Of a stretch of 64,000 bases of DNA, positions 24,401-38,800 are shown piece after piece. Source of the DNA: Camelus ferus (taxonomy: Eukaryota); assembly GCF_009834535.1 (NCBI RefSeq), contig NC_045697.1, positions 119,042,001 through 119,106,000 of the forward strand. The letters run 5' to 3'. Both the position numbers and the translations under genes were made by a program. The notes beneath the pieces are model-generated. The model worked only from the letters and a program-made list of their open reading frames with translations. It had not been told where the DNA came from and searched no databases. Each line of letters begins with the position of its first letter. Position 1 is the first letter of the stretch.

Positions 24401-27400
24401 ATATGGAGAGACGTTCGTTCTTCTAGCAAAAAGGGAACGGTTTGCAGGAGAAATTTTCACTCTGTTTTCTCAGTCTGTTTCCTAGTGCCGTTTTGAAGTT
24501 CCTGCATTTTTCACTGTAAAACCGTGTTGGAGCTTCTACCTCCCCATATATATGTATGGAGTGGAGTTTGCAAAGAAAAGAAACTTTGTCTTCCCAAAAA
24601 GCTAGGTGAAGGACGGCTTTCACACACACTTATCTCTCAAAAGAGAGCAAGTGGAGAGACGTTCGTTCATCTAGTACAAAAGGAAACGGTTGGAGGAGAA
24701 ACTTTGACTCTGGTTTCTCAGTCAGTTTCCTAGTGCCGGTTTGAATTTCCTGCAGTTTTCACTGTTAAACCGAGTTGGAGCTAGTACCTCCCCATATATA
24801 TGTATGGATTGGCGTTTGCAACTGAAAAGAAACTTTGTGTTCCCAACAAGCTAGTTGAAGAACAGCTTTCAAAAACACTTATTTCTCAGAACTGAGTATG
24901 TGGAGAGACATTCGTTCATCTAGCACAAACTTAACGGGTTGCAGGAGAAATTTTACACTGTTTCCTCAGTCTGTTTCCTAGTGCCGGTTTGAAGTTCCTT
25001 CACATATCTCTGTAAAACCGTGTTGGAGCTAGTATCTACTCATATATATGTATGGAGAGGAGTTTGCAACTGAAAAGAAATTTTGTGTTCCCTTCAAGAT
25101 AGGTGAAGGACGGCTTTCATACACACATATCTCTCAGAACTGAGCACGTGGAGAGACGTTCGTTCATCTAGCATAAAGGGACCGGGTTGAAGGAGTAACA
25201 TTTACTGTGGTTTCTCAGTCTGTTTCCTAGAGCCTGTTTGAAGTACCTACAGTTTTCAATGTAAAACCGAGTTGGAGCTAGTACCTCCCCATATATATGT
25301 ATGGAGAGGAGTTTGCAACTGAAAGGAAACTTTGTTTTCCCAACAAGCTAGTTGAAGGACGGCTTTCACTACCACTTATATCTCAGAACTGAGCATGTGG
25401 AGAGAAGTTCGTTCATCTAGCATAAAGGGAACGGGTTGCAGGAGAAACTTTTACTGTGGTTTCTCAGTCTGTTTCCTAGTTCCGGTTTGAAGTTACTGAA
25501 ATTTTCAGTGTAAAACCGATTTGGACCTAGTACCTCCCGATATATATGTATGGAGTGGAGTTTGCTACTGAAAAGAAACTTTGTTTTCCCAACAACCTAA
25601 GTGAAGGACGGCTTTCACACACACTTATATCTCAGAACTGAGCGTGTGGAGAGACTTTCGTTCATCTAGCATAAAGGGAACGGGTTGCAGGAGAAACTTT
25701 TACTGTGGTTTCTCAGTCTGTTTCTAGTGCCGGGATGATGTTCCTGCTGTTTTCACTGTTTAAACCGAGTTGGACCTAGAACCGCACATATATTATGTAT
25801 GGAGTGGAGTTTGCCTACTGAAAAGACACTTTGTGTTCCCAACAAGCTAGGTGAAGGACGTGCTTTCACACACACGTATCTCTCAGAACTGAGCATATGG
25901 AGAGACGTTCATTCATCTAGCAAAAAGGGAACGGGTTGCAGGAGAAACTATTACTCTGGATTCTCAGTCTGTTTCCTAGTGCCGGTTTGAAGTTAATGCA
26001 GTTTTCACTGTAAAACCGAGTTGGAGCTTGTACCTCCCCATATATATGTATGGAGTGGAGTTTGCAACGGAAAAGAAACTTTGTGTCCCTACAAGCTTGT
26101 TGAAGTACGGCTTTCACACACATTTATATCTCAGAACTCAGCATGTGGAGAGAAGTTCGTTCATCTAGCACAAAGGAACAGGTTGCAGGAGAAAACAGTT
26201 TACTCTGGATTCTCAGTCTGTTCCTAGTGCCAGGTTATGAAGTTCCTGCAGTTTTCAACTGTTAAAAAATCGAGTTGGAGCTAAGTACATCCCCATATAT
26301 ATGTAAATGGACTTCGGGTTTGCAACTGGAAAAGAAACTTTGGGTTCCAAAAAGCTAGGTTGAAGTACGGCTTTCACCACACACACCACTTATCCCTCGA
26401 GAACTGAGGCAGTGGAGAGACGTTCGTTCATCTAGCACAAAGTGAACGGTGTTGCAGGAGAAACTTTTACTCTGGAATCTCAGTCTTTTCCCAAGTGCCG
26501 GTTTGAAGTTCCTGCAGTTTTTCACTGTAAATCGAGTTGGAGCTATTTCCTCCCCATATAAATGTATGGAGTGGAGTTTACAACTGAAAAGAAACTTTGT
26601 GTTCCAACAAGCTAGGTGAAGGACGGCTTTCACACCACACTTATCTCTCAGAACTGACCATGTGGAGAGACGTTCGTTCATCTAGCACAAAAGGAAACGG
26701 TTGGAGGAGAAACTTTGACTCTGGTTTCTCAGTCAGTTTCCTAGTGCCGGTTTGAATTTCCTGCAGTTTTCACTGTTAAACCGAGTTGGAGCTAGTACCT
26801 CCCCATATATATCTATGGATTGGCGTTTGCAACTGAAAAGAAACTTTGTGTTCCCAACAAGCTAGTTGAAGAACTGCTTTCACAAACACTTATTTCTCAG
26901 AACTGAGTATGTGGAGAGACATTCGTTCATCTAGCACAAACTTAACGGGTTGCAGGAGAAATTTTACACTGTTTCCTCCGTCTGTTTCCTTGTGCCGGTT
27001 TGAAGTTCCTTCACATATCTCTGTAAAACCGTGTTGGAGCTAGTATCTACTCATATATATGTATGGAGTGGAGTTTGCAACTGAAAAGAAACTTTGTGTT
27101 CCCTTCAAGATAGGTGAAGGACGGCTTTCATACACACATATCTCTCAGAACTGAGCACGTGGAGAGACGTTCGTTCATCTAGCATAAAGGGACCGGGTTG
27201 AAGGAGTAACTTTTACTGTGGTTCTCAGTCTGTTTCCTAGAGCCTGTTTGAAGTACCTGCAGTTTTTCAATGTAAAACCGAGTTGGAGCTAGTACCTCCC
27301 CATATATATGTATGGATTGGAGATTGCAACTGAAAGGAAACTTTGTGTTCCCAACAAGCTAGTTGAAGGACGGCTTTCACACCACTTATATCTCAAAACT

Positions 27401-30400
27401 GAGCATGTGGAGAGACGTTCGTTCATCTAGCACAAAGGGAACCGGTTGCAGGAGAAACTTTTACTGTGGTTTCTCAGTCTGTTTCCTAGTGCCTGCTTTT
27501 AACTCCTGCAGTATTCACTGTTAAACCGAGTTGGAGCTAGTACCTCCCCATATATATGTATGGATTGGAGATTGCAACTGAAAGAAACTTTGTGTTCCCA
27601 ACAAGCTAGTTGAAGGACGGGTTTCACACACACTTATATCTCAGAAATGAGCATGTGGAGAGACGTTCGTTCATCTAGCACAAAGGAAACTGGTTGCTGG
27701 AGAAACTTTTACTCTGTGTTGTCAGTCTGTTTTCTAGTTCCGGTTTGAAATTCCTGCAGTTTTACACTGTAAAACGGAGTTGGACCTAGTACCTCCCCAT
27801 ATATATGTATGGAGTGGAGTTTGCAAATGAAAAGAAACCTTGTGTTCCCTACAAGCTTGTTGAAGGACGGCTTTCACACACATTTATATCTCAGAACTGA
27901 GCATGTGGAGAGACGTTTGTTCATCTAGCACAAAGGGAACAGGTTGCAGGAGAAACATTTACTCTGGTTTCTCTGTCTGTTTCCTTGTGCCGGTTTGAAG
28001 TTCTTGCAGTTTTCATTGTAAAACCGAGTTGGAGCTTGTAACTCCCCATATATATGTATGGAGTGGAGTTTGAAACTGAAAAGAAACTTGTGTTCCGAAC
28101 AAGTTAGGTCAAGGACGGCTTTCACTCACAATTATCTCTCAGAACTCAGCATGTGTAGAGACGTTCGTTCATCTAGCACAAAGGGACCGGTTTGCAGGGG
28201 AACTTTTACTGTGGTATCTCAGTCTGTTTCCTAGTGCCGTTTTGAATTTCCTGCAGTTTTCACTGTTAAAACCTAGTTGGAGCTGATACCAACCCATATA
28301 TATGTATGGAGTGGAGTTTGCAACTGAAAAGAAACTTTGTATTCCCAACAAGCTAGTTGAAGGAAGGCTTTCACACACAATTATATCTCAGAACTGAGCA
28401 TGTGGAGAGACGTTCGTTCATCTAGCACAAAGGGAAACGGTTGCAGGAGAAACATTTACTCTGGTTTCTCAGTCTGTTTCCTAGTGCCGGTTTGAAGTTC
28501 CTGCAGTTTTCACTGTTATACCGTGTTGGACCTAGAACCGCCACAGATATATATATGGAGTGGAGCTTGCTACTGAAAAGAAACTTTGTTTTCCCAACAA
28601 GCTAGTTGAAGGACGGCTTTCACACACACGTATCTCTCAGAACTGAGCATATGGAGAGACGTTCGTTCATCGAGCAAAAATGGAACGGGTTGCAGGGGAA
28701 ACTATTACTCTGGTTTCTCAGTCTGTTTCCTAGTGCCGGTTTGAAGTTAATGCAGTTTTCACTGTAAAACCGAGTTGGAGCTTGTACCTCCCCATATATA
28801 TGTATGGAGTGGAGTTTGCAACGGAAAAGACACTTTGTGTTCCCAACAAACTACGTGAAGGACGGCTTTCACACACACTTATCTCTCAGAACTGAGCATG
28901 TGGAGAGAGGTTCGTTCATCTAGCACAAAGGGAACGGGTTGCAGCATAAACATTTACTGCAGTTTCTCAGTCTGTTTCCTAGTGCCGGTTTGAAGTTCCT
29001 GCAGTTTTCACTGTAAAACCGAGTTGGAGCTAGTACCTCTCCATATATATGTATGGAGTGGAGTTTGCAACTGAACAGAAACTTTGTTTTCCCAACAAGC
29101 TAGATAAAGGGCGGCTTTCACACACACTTATCTCTCAGAACTGAGCATGTGGAGAGACGTTCGTTCATCTAGCACAAGAGAACGGTTTGCAGGGGAACTT
29201 TTACTGTGGTATCTTAGTCTGTTTCCTAGTGTCGTTTTGAATTTCCTGCAGTATTCACTTTTTAACCGAGTTGGAGCTGATACCACCCCATATATATGTA
29301 TGGAGTGGAGTTTGCAACTGAAAAGAAATTTTGTTTTCCCAACAAGCTAGATAAAGGGTGGCTTTCACACACACATATCTCTCAGAACTGAGCATGTGGA
29401 GGGACGTTCGTTCATCTAGAACAATAGAAAAGGGTTGCAGCATAAACATATACTGTAGTTTCTCAGTCTGTTTCCTAGTGCCGGTTTGAATTTCCTGCAG
29501 TTTTCACTGTAAAACAGATTTGGAGCTACTACCTCCCCATATATATGTATGGAGTGGAATTTTCTTCTGAAAAGAAACTTTGTGTTCCCAAAAAGCTAGG
29601 TGAAGGACGGCTTTCACACACACTTATCTCTCACAACTGAGCACGTAAAGAGACGTTTGTTCATCTAGAACCAAGGGTACGGGTTGCATTAGAAACTTTT
29701 ACTCTGGATTCTCTGTCTGTTTCCTATTGCTGGTTTGAAGTTCCTGCAGTTTTCACTCTTAAACCGAGTTGGACCTATAAACGCCCCATATATATGTATG
29801 GAGAGGAGTTTGCTACTGAAAATAAACTTTGTGTTCCCAACAAGCTAGGTGAAAGACGGCTTTCACACACACTTTTCTCTCAGAACTAAGCATGTGGGGA
29901 GACGTTCGTTCATGTAGCAAAAAGGGAACGGGTTGCAGGAGAAACTTTTACTCTGGTTTCTCAGTCTATTTCCTAGTGCCGGTTTGAAGTTCCTGCATTT
30001 TCCACTGTAAATCCTAATAGAAGCTAGTACCACCCCATATATAATTATGGAGTGGAGTTTGCAACTGAAAAGAAACTTTGTGTTCCCTACAATCTAGGTG
30101 AAGGACGGCTTTCACACACTTAACTCTCAGAAATGAGCATGTGGAGAGACGTCCGTACATCTAGCACAAAGGGATCGGGTTGTAGGGGAAACTTTTACTA
30201 TGGTTTCTCAGTCTGTTTCCTAGTTCGGTTTTGAAGTTCCTGCAGTTTTCACTGAAAAACCAATTTGGAGCTAGTACATCCCCATATATATTTACACAGT
30301 GTAGTTTTCAACTGAAATGAAAATTTGTGTTCCCAACAAGCTAGTTGAAGACGGCATTCACACACACTTATCGCTCAGAACTGAGCATGTGGAGAGACGT

Positions 30401-30650
30401 TCGTTCATCTAGCACCAAGGGAACGGGTTGCAGGAGAAACTTTTACTCTAGTTTCTCCGTCTGTTTTCTAGTGCCGGTTTGAAGTTCCTGCACTTTTCAC
30501 TGTAAAACCGAGTTGGAGCTAGAACCTCCCCATATATATGTACGGAGTGGAGTTTGCAACTGAAAAGAAACTTTGTGTTCAAAACAAGCTATGTGAAGGA
30601 CGGCTTTCACACACACTTATCTCTCAGAACTGAGCATGTGGAGAGACGTT
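15460..30650 (+). repeat. Large tandem duplication: a 29-monomer unit (~15460-22670) followed by a 32-monomer copy (~22670-30650)
   Basis: Identical ORFs 17211-17417 and 24423-24629 (offset 7212). The offset rises to ~7712 after 18230 (AGAAACTATTACTCTGGATT at 18231 and 25943) and to ~7980 further on (AACAATAGAAAAGGG at ~21444 and ~29420). Boundaries are approximate. Confidence 0.85.
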
Positions 30651-32680
30651 AGTTCATCCAGCACAAAGGGAACGTGTTGCAGGTGAAACTTTTACTGTGG
30701 TTTCTCAGTCTTTTTCCTAGTGCCGTTTTGAAGTTCCTGCAGTTTTCACTTTAAAACCGAATTGGAGCTAGTACCTCCCCATATATATGTATGGAGTGGA
30801 GTTTGCACTTGAAAAGTTACTTTGTGTGCCCTACAAGCTAGGTGAAAGACGGCTTTCACACACACTTATTTCTCAGAACTGAGCATGTGCAGAGACGTTC
30901 GTTCATCTAGCACAAAGGGAATCGGTTGCAGGAGAAACTTTTACTCTTGTTTCTCAGTCTGTTTCCTAGTGCCGGTTTGAATTTCCTGCAGTTTTCACTG
31001 TTATACCGTGTTGGACCTAGAACCGCCACAGATATATGTATGGAGTGGAGCTTGCTACTGAAAAGAAACTTTGTTTTCCCAACAAGCTAGTTGAAGGACG
31101 GCTTTCACACACACGTATCTCTCAGAACTGAGCATATGGAGAGACGTTCGTTCATCGAGCAAAAATGGAACGGGTTGCAGGGGAAACTATTACTCTGGTT
31201 TCTCAGTCTTTTTCCTAGTGCCGGTTTGAAGTTAATGCAGTTTTCACTGTAAAACGGAGTTGGAGCTTGTACCTAACCATATATATGTATGGAGTGGAGT
31301 TTGCAACGGAAAAGACACTTTGTGTTCCCAACAAACTACGTGAAGGACGGCTTTCACACACACTTATCTCTCAGAACTGAGCATGTGGAGAGAGGTTCGT
31401 TCATCTAGCACAAAGGGAACGGGTTGCAGCATAAACATTTACTGCAGTTTCTCAGTCTGTTTCCTAGTGCCGGTTTGAAGTTCCTGCAGTTTTCACTGTA
31501 AAACCGAGTTGGAGCTAGTACCTCTCCATATATATGTATGGAGTGGAGTTTGCAACTGAACAGAAACTTTGTTTTCCCAACAAGCTAGATAAAGGGCGGC
31601 TTTCACACACACTTATCTCTCAGAACTGAGCATGTGGAGAGACGTTCGTTCATCTAGCACAAAGGGAACGGTTTGCAGGGGAACTTTTACTGTGGTATCT
31701 TAGTCTGTTTCCTAGTGTCGTTTTGAATTTCCTGCAGTATTCACTGTTTAACCGAGTTGGAGCTGATAACACCCCATATATATGTATGGAGTGGGTTTGC
31801 AACTGAATAGAAATTTTGTTTCCCAACAAGCTAGATAAAGGGTGGCTTTCACACACACATATCTCTCAGAACTGAGCATGTGGAGGACGTTCGTTCATCT
31901 AGAACAATAGAAAAGGTTGCAGCATAAACATATACTGTAGTTTCTCAGTCTGTTTCCTAGTGCCGGTTTGAAGTTCCTGCAGTTTTCACTGTAAAACAGA
32001 TTGGAGCTACTACCTCCCCATATATATGTATGGAGTGGAATTTTCTTCTGAAAAGAAACTTTGTGTTCCCAAAAAGCTAGGTGAAGGACGGCTTTCACAC
32101 ACACTTATCTCTCACAACTGAGCACGTAAAGAGACGTTTGTTCATCTAGAACCAAGGGTACGGGTTGCATTAGAAACTTTTACTCTGGATTCTCTGTCTG
32201 TTTCCTATTGCTGGTTTGAAGTTCCTGCAGTTTTCACTCTTAAACCGAGTTGGACCTATAAACGCCCCATATATAAGTATGGAGAGGAGTTTGCTACTGA
32301 AAATAAACTTTGTGTTCCCAACAAGCTAGGTGAAAGACGGCTTTCACACACACTTTTCTCTCAGAACTAAGCATGTGGGGAGACGTTCGTTCATGTAGCA
32401 AAAAGGGAACGGGTTGCAGGAGAAACTTTTACTCTGGTTTCTAAGTCTATTTCCTAGTGCCGGTTTGAAGTTCCGCATTTTCCACTGTAAATCCTAATAG
32501 AAGCTAGTACCACCCCATATATAATTATGGAGTGGAGTTTGCAACTGAAAAGAAACTTTGTGTTCCCTACAATCTAGGTGAAGGACGGCTTTCACACACT
32601 TAACTCTCAGAAATGAGCATGTGGAGAGACGTCCGTACATCTAGCACAAAGGGATCGGGTTGTAGGGGAAACTTTTACTC
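28510..32680 (+). repeat. Local duplication with a 10-monomer period (~28510-30190 repeated at ~31000-32680)
   Basis: TTATACCGTGTTGGACCTAGAACCGCCACAGAT at 28516 and 31001 (offset 2485). AACAATAGAAAAGG at ~29420 and ~31903. Confidence 0.85.
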
Positions 32681-34700
32681 TGGTTTCTCATGCTGTTTCC
32701 GAGTGCCGATTTGAATTTCCTGCAGTTTTCACTGTAAAACCGAGTTGGAGCTAGTACCTCCCCATATATTTTAATGGATTGGAGTTTGTAATTGAAAAGA
32801 AATATTGTATTCCCAACAAGCTAGTGAAGGAAGGGTTTCACACACACTTATTTCTCAGAACTGAGCATGAGGAGGGACGATCGTTCATCTAGCACAAAGG
32901 GAACTGGTTGAAGGAGAAACTTTTACTCTGATTTCTCAGTCTGTTTCCTAGTGCCGGTTTGAAGTTCGTCCAGTTTTCACTGTAAAACTGTGTTGGAGCT
33001 AGTACCTCCCCGTATACATGTATGGAGTGGAGTTTGCAACAGAAAAGAAACTTTGTGTTCCCATCAAGCTAGGTGAAGGGATGCTTTCACACACAATTAT
33101 TTCTCAGGACTGACCATGAGGAGAGACGTTCGTTCATCTAGCACAAAGGGAACGGGTTGCAGGAGAAAATTTTTCTCATGGTTCTCAGTCTGTTTCTTAG
33201 TGCCGGTTTGAAGTACCTGCAGTTTTCACTGTAAAATCGAGTTGGAGCTAGAACCTCCCCATATATATGTATGGAGTGGAGTTTGCAACTGAAAAGAAAC
33301 TTTGTGTTCCCAACAAGCTAGCTGAAGGAAGGCGTTCACACACACATATTTCTCAAAACTGAGCATGTGAAGGGACTTTCGTTCATCTAGCACAAAGGGA
33401 ACGGGTTGCAGGAGAAACTTTTACCCTGGATTCTCAGTCTTTTTCCTAGTGCCGGTTTGAAGTTCCTGCAGTTTTCACTATAAAATAGATTTGGAGCTAT
33501 AACCTCCCCATATAAATGTATGGAGTGGATTTTGCAACTGAAAATAAACTTTGTGTTCCCAACAAGCAAGGTTAAGGACGGCTTTCACACACACTTATTT
33601 CTCAGAACAGACCATGAGGAGAGACGTTCGTTCATCTTGCACAAAGGGAACGGGTTCCAGGAGAAACTTTTACTGTGGTTCCTCACTCTGTTTTCTAGTG
33701 CCGGTTTGAAGTTCATGCAGTTTTCACTGTAAAACAGATTTGGAGCTAGTACTTCCCCATATATATGAATGGAGTGGAGTGTTTGCAACTGAAAAGAAAC
33801 TATGTGTTCCCTACAAGCAAGGTGAAGGAAGGCTTTCACACACATTTATCACTCAGAATTGAGCATATGGAGAGACGTTCTGTCATCTACCACAAATGGA
33901 AACTGGTTGCAGGAGAAACTTTTTCTCTGGGTTCTCAGTCTGTTTCCTAGTGCCGGTTTGAAGATCCTGCAGTTTTCATGTAAAACCGAGTTGGAGCTAG
34001 TACCTCCCTATATATATGTATGGAGTGGGGTTTGAAACTGAAAAGAATCTTTGTGTTCCCATCAAGCTAGATGAAGGACGGCTTTCACACACACTTATCT
34101 CTCAGAACTGAGCATGTGGAGAGACGTTCGTTCATCTAGCACAAAAGGAACGTGTTGCAGCAGAAAAAGTTTACTGTGGTTTCTCAGTCTGTTTCCTAGG
34201 GCCGGTTTGAGTTCCTGCAATTTTCACTGTAAAACCGAGTTGGAGCTAGTACCTCCCCATATATTTCTATGGATTGGCGTTTGCAACTGAAAAGAAACTT
34301 GTGTTCCCAAATAGCTAGTTGTAAGTACGGCTTTCACACACACTTATCTATCAGAACTGAGCATGTGGAGAGACGTTCGTTCTTCTAGCACAAAGGGAAA
34401 GGGTTGCAGTGAGAAACTTTTATTCTGGTTCCACAGTCGGTTTTCCTAGTGCCGGTTTGATGGTCCTGCAGGTTTCACTCTTAAACACATTTGGAGCTTA
34501 CTACCTCCCCATATATATGTATGGATTGGTGTTTGCAACTGAAAAGAAACTTTGTTTTCCCAACAATCTAGATGAAGGGCGTCTTTCACACACATTTATA
34601 TCTCAGAACTGAGCATGTGGAGAGACGTTCGTTCTTCTAGCACAAAGGGAACGGGTTGCAGGAGAAACTTTTACTCTGGTTCCTCAGTCTGTTTTCATAG
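32680..34700 (+). repeat. Dispersed copy of ~13030-15070 (about 8 monomers, offset 19650 = 79 monomers)
   Basis: GGTTTCTCATGCTGTTTCCGAGTGCCGATTTG at 13031 and 32682. Near-identical ORF pairs 13737/33387 and 13870/33520 both have offset 19650. Confidence 0.88.
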
Positions 34701-35882
34701 TGCCGGTTGAAGTTCCTTCAGTTTTCACTGTAAAACAGATTTGGAGCTAGTACCTCCCCATATATATGTATGGAGTGGAGTTTGCAACTGAAAGAAACTT
34801 TGTGTTCCCAACAAGCTAGTTGAAGGACGGCTTTCACAACACTTATCTCTCAGAACTGAGCATGTGAGAGACGTTTCGTTCATCTAGCACAAAGGGAACG
34901 GGTTGCAGGAGAAACTTTTACTCTGGTTCTCATGTCTGTTTTCCTAGTGCCGGTTTGAAGTTCCTGCAGTTTTCACTGTAAAACCGAGTTGGAGCTAGTA
35001 ACCTCCCCATATATATGTAATGGAGTGGAGTTTGCTAACTGAAAAGAAACTTTGTGTTCCCAACAAGCTATGTGAAGGACGGCTTTCACACACACTTATC
35101 TTCTCAGAACTGAGCATGAGGAGAGACGTTCGTTCATCTAGCACAAAGGGAACGTGGTTGCAGGAGAAACTTTTACTCTGGATTTCTCAGTCTGTTTCCT
35201 AGTGCCGTTTTGAAGTTCCTGCAGTTTTCACTTTAAAACTGTATTGGAGCTAGTACCTCCCCATATATATGTATGGAGTGGAGTTTGCACCTTGAAAAGT
35301 ACTTTGTGGTGCCCTACAAGCTAGGTGAAATACGCGCTTTCACACACACTTATATTCAGAACTGAGCATGGCTAGAGACGTTCGTTCATCTAGCACCAAA
35401 GGGACGGGTTGCAGGAGAAACTTTTACTCTATGGTTCTCAGTCTGTTTCGTAGTGCCTGTTTGAAGTCTTGCAGTTTTCACTGTAAAATCGATTTGGAGC
35501 TAGAACCTTCCCCATATATATGTATGGAGTGGAGTTTGCAACTGAAAAGAAACATTTGTGTTCCCAACAAGCTAGGCTGAAGGAAGGCGTTTCACACATC
35601 ACATTATCTCTCAGAACTGAGCATGTGAGAGGACATTTCGTTCATCCTAGCACAAGGGAACGGTTTGCAGGAGCAAACTTTTACTCTGGATTTCTCCGTC
35701 TGTTTCCTAGTGCCGGTTTGAAATTCCTGCAGTTTTCACTATTAAATCCGAGTTGGAGCTAGTAACCTCCCCCATATAAATGTATGGAGTGGATTTTGCA
35801 ACTGAAAATAAACTTTGTGTTCCCAACAAGCACGGTTAAGGACGGCTTTCACACACACTTATTTCTCAGAACAGACCATGAG

Positions 35883-38800
35883 GAGAGACGTTCGTTCATC
35901 TAGCACAAAGGGAACGTGTTGCAGGAGAAACTATAACTCTGTATTGTCAGTCTGTTTTCTGGTTCCGGTTTGAAGTTCCTGCAGTTTTCACTGTAAAACC
36001 GATTTGGACCAAGAACCTCCCCATATATATGTATGCAGTGGAGTTTGCAACTGAAAAGAAACTTTGTGATCCCTACAAACTTGTTGAAGGACGGCTTTCA
36101 CACACACTTATCTCTCAGAACTGAGCATGTGGAGAGACTTTCGTTCATCTAGCACAAAGGGAACAGGTTGTAGGGGAAACATTTACTCTGGTTTCTCAGT
36201 CTGTTTCCTAGTGGCGGTTTGAAGTTCCTGCAGTTTTCACTGTAAAACCGATTTGGACCTAGAACAGCCACATATATATGTATGGAGTGGAGTTTGCTAC
36301 TGAAAATAAACATTGTGTTCCCAACAGGCTAGTTGAAGTACAGCTTTAACAAACACTTATTTCACAGAACTGAGCATGTGGAGAGACATTCGTTCATCTA
36401 GCACAAACTTACCAGGTTGCAGGAGAAACTTTTACTCTCTTTCCTCAGTCTGTTTCCTAGTGCCGGTTTGAAGTTCCTGCAGTTTTCACTGTAAAACCGA
36501 TTTGGAGCTAGTACCTCCTCCTATATATGTATGGAGTGGAGTTTGCAACTGAAAAGAAACTTTGTGTTCCCTTCAAGATAGGTGAAGGACGGCTTTCACA
36601 CACACTTATCTCTCAGAACTGAGCATGTGGAGAGACGTTCTTTCATCTAGCACAAAGGGACCGGGTTGCAGGGGTAACTTTTACTGTGGTTTCTCTGTCT
36701 CTTTCCTAGTGCCGGTTAGAAGTACTTGCAGTTTTCACTGTAAAACCACGTTGAAGCTAGTACCTCCCCATATATATGTATTGAGTGGAGTTTGCAACTG
36801 AAAAGAATCTTTTTGTTCCCAAAAAGCTAGGTGAAGGACGGCTTTCACACACTTATCTCTCAGAACTGAGCATTTGGAGAGACGTTCATTCATCTAGCAC
36901 AAAGGGAACGGGTTGCTGTTGGAACATTTCTCTGGTTTATAAGTCTGTTTCCTAATGCCGGTTTGAAGTTCCTGCAGTTTTCACTGTAAAACAGATTTGG
37001 AGCTAATACCTCCCCATATATATGTATGGAGTGAAGTTTGCAACTGAAAAGAAATTTTGTGTTCCCAACAAGCTATTTGAAAGATGGCTTTCACACACAC
37101 TTATATTCCAGAACTGATCATGTGGAGGGACGTTCCTTCATCTAGCACAAAGGGAATCGGTTGCAGGAGAAACTTTTACTCTGGTTTCTCAGTCTATTTC
37201 CTAGTGCCGGTTTGAATTTCCTGTAGTTTTCACTGTAAAACCGAGTTGGAGTTAGTACCTCCCCATATATATGTATGGATTGTAGTTAGCAACTTAAAAG
37301 AAACATTGTGTTCCCAACAAGCTAGGTGAAGGACGGCTTTCACACTCAGTTATCTCTGAGAACTGAGCAAGTGGAGAGACTTTCGTTCATCTAGAACAAA
37401 GGGAACGGGTTGCCAGAGAAAATTTTACTCTGGTTTCTCAGTCTGTTTCCTACTGCCGGTTTGAAGTTCCTGCAGGTTTCACTGTAAAACCGATTTGCAG
37501 CTAGTACCTGCCCATATATATGTATGGAGTGGAGTTTGCAACTGAAAAGGAACTTTGTGTTCCCAACAAGCTAGGTGAAGGACGGATTTCACACTCAGTT
37601 ATTTCTGAGAACTGAGCATGTGGAGAGACTTTCGTTCATCTAGAACAAAGGGAACTGTTTGCAGGAGAAACTTTTATTCTGGTTTCTCAGTCTATTTCCT
37701 AGTACCGGTTTGAATTTCCTGCAGTTTTCACTGTTAAACCGAGTTGGAACTATTAACTCCCCATATATATATATGGAGTGGAATTTGCACCTGAAAGGAA
37801 ACGTTCTGTTCCCTACAAACTAGGTGAAGAACGGCTTATACACACTTATATCTCTGAACTGAGCATATGGAGAGACGTTCGTTCATCTAGCACAAAAGAA
37901 ACGGGTTGTAGGGGTAACTTTTACTCTGGTTTCTCAGTCTATTTCCTAGTGCCGGTTTGAAGTTCCTGCAGTTTTCACTGTAAAACCGAGATTTAGCTAA
38001 TACCACCCATATATATGTATGGAGTGGGTTTGCAAATGAAAAGAAACTTTGTTTTCCAAACAAGCTAGTTGAAGGACGGCTTTCACACACACTTATATCT
38101 CAGAACAGAGCATGTGGAGAGACGTTCGTTCATCTAGCACAAAGGGAACCGGTTGCAGGAGAAACATTTACTCTGATTTCTCAGTCTGTTTCCTAGTGCC
38201 GGTATGAAGTTCCTGCTGTTTTCAATGTTAAACCGAGTTGGACCTAGAACCGCCACATATATATGAAAGGAGTGGAGTTTGCTACTGAAAAGAAACTTTC
38301 TGTTCCCAACAAGCTAGGTGAAGGACGGCTTTCACACACAATTATCTCTCAAAACTTAGCATATGGAGAGACGTTCGTTCTTCTAGCAAAATGGGTACGG
38401 GTTGCAGGAGAAACTTTTACTCTGGTTTCTCAGTCTGTTTCCTAGTGCCAGTTTGAAGTTCCTGCAGTTTTCAATGTAAAACCGTGTTGGAGCTTGTACC
38501 TCCCCATATATATGTATGGAGTGGAGTTTGCAAAGGAAAAGAAACTGTGCCTTCCCAACAAGCTAGGTGAAGGACTTCTTTCACACACACTCATCTCTCA
38601 GAAATTAGCATGTGGAGAGACGTTCGTTCATTTAGCACAAACTTAATGGGTTGCAGGAGAAACTTTTACACTGTTTCCTCAGTCGGTTTCCTAGTGTCGG
38701 TTTGAAGTTCCTGCAGATATCTCTGTAAAACAGAGTTGGAATTAGTACCTACTCATATATATGTATGGAGTGGAGTTTGCAACTGAAAAGAAACTTTGTG

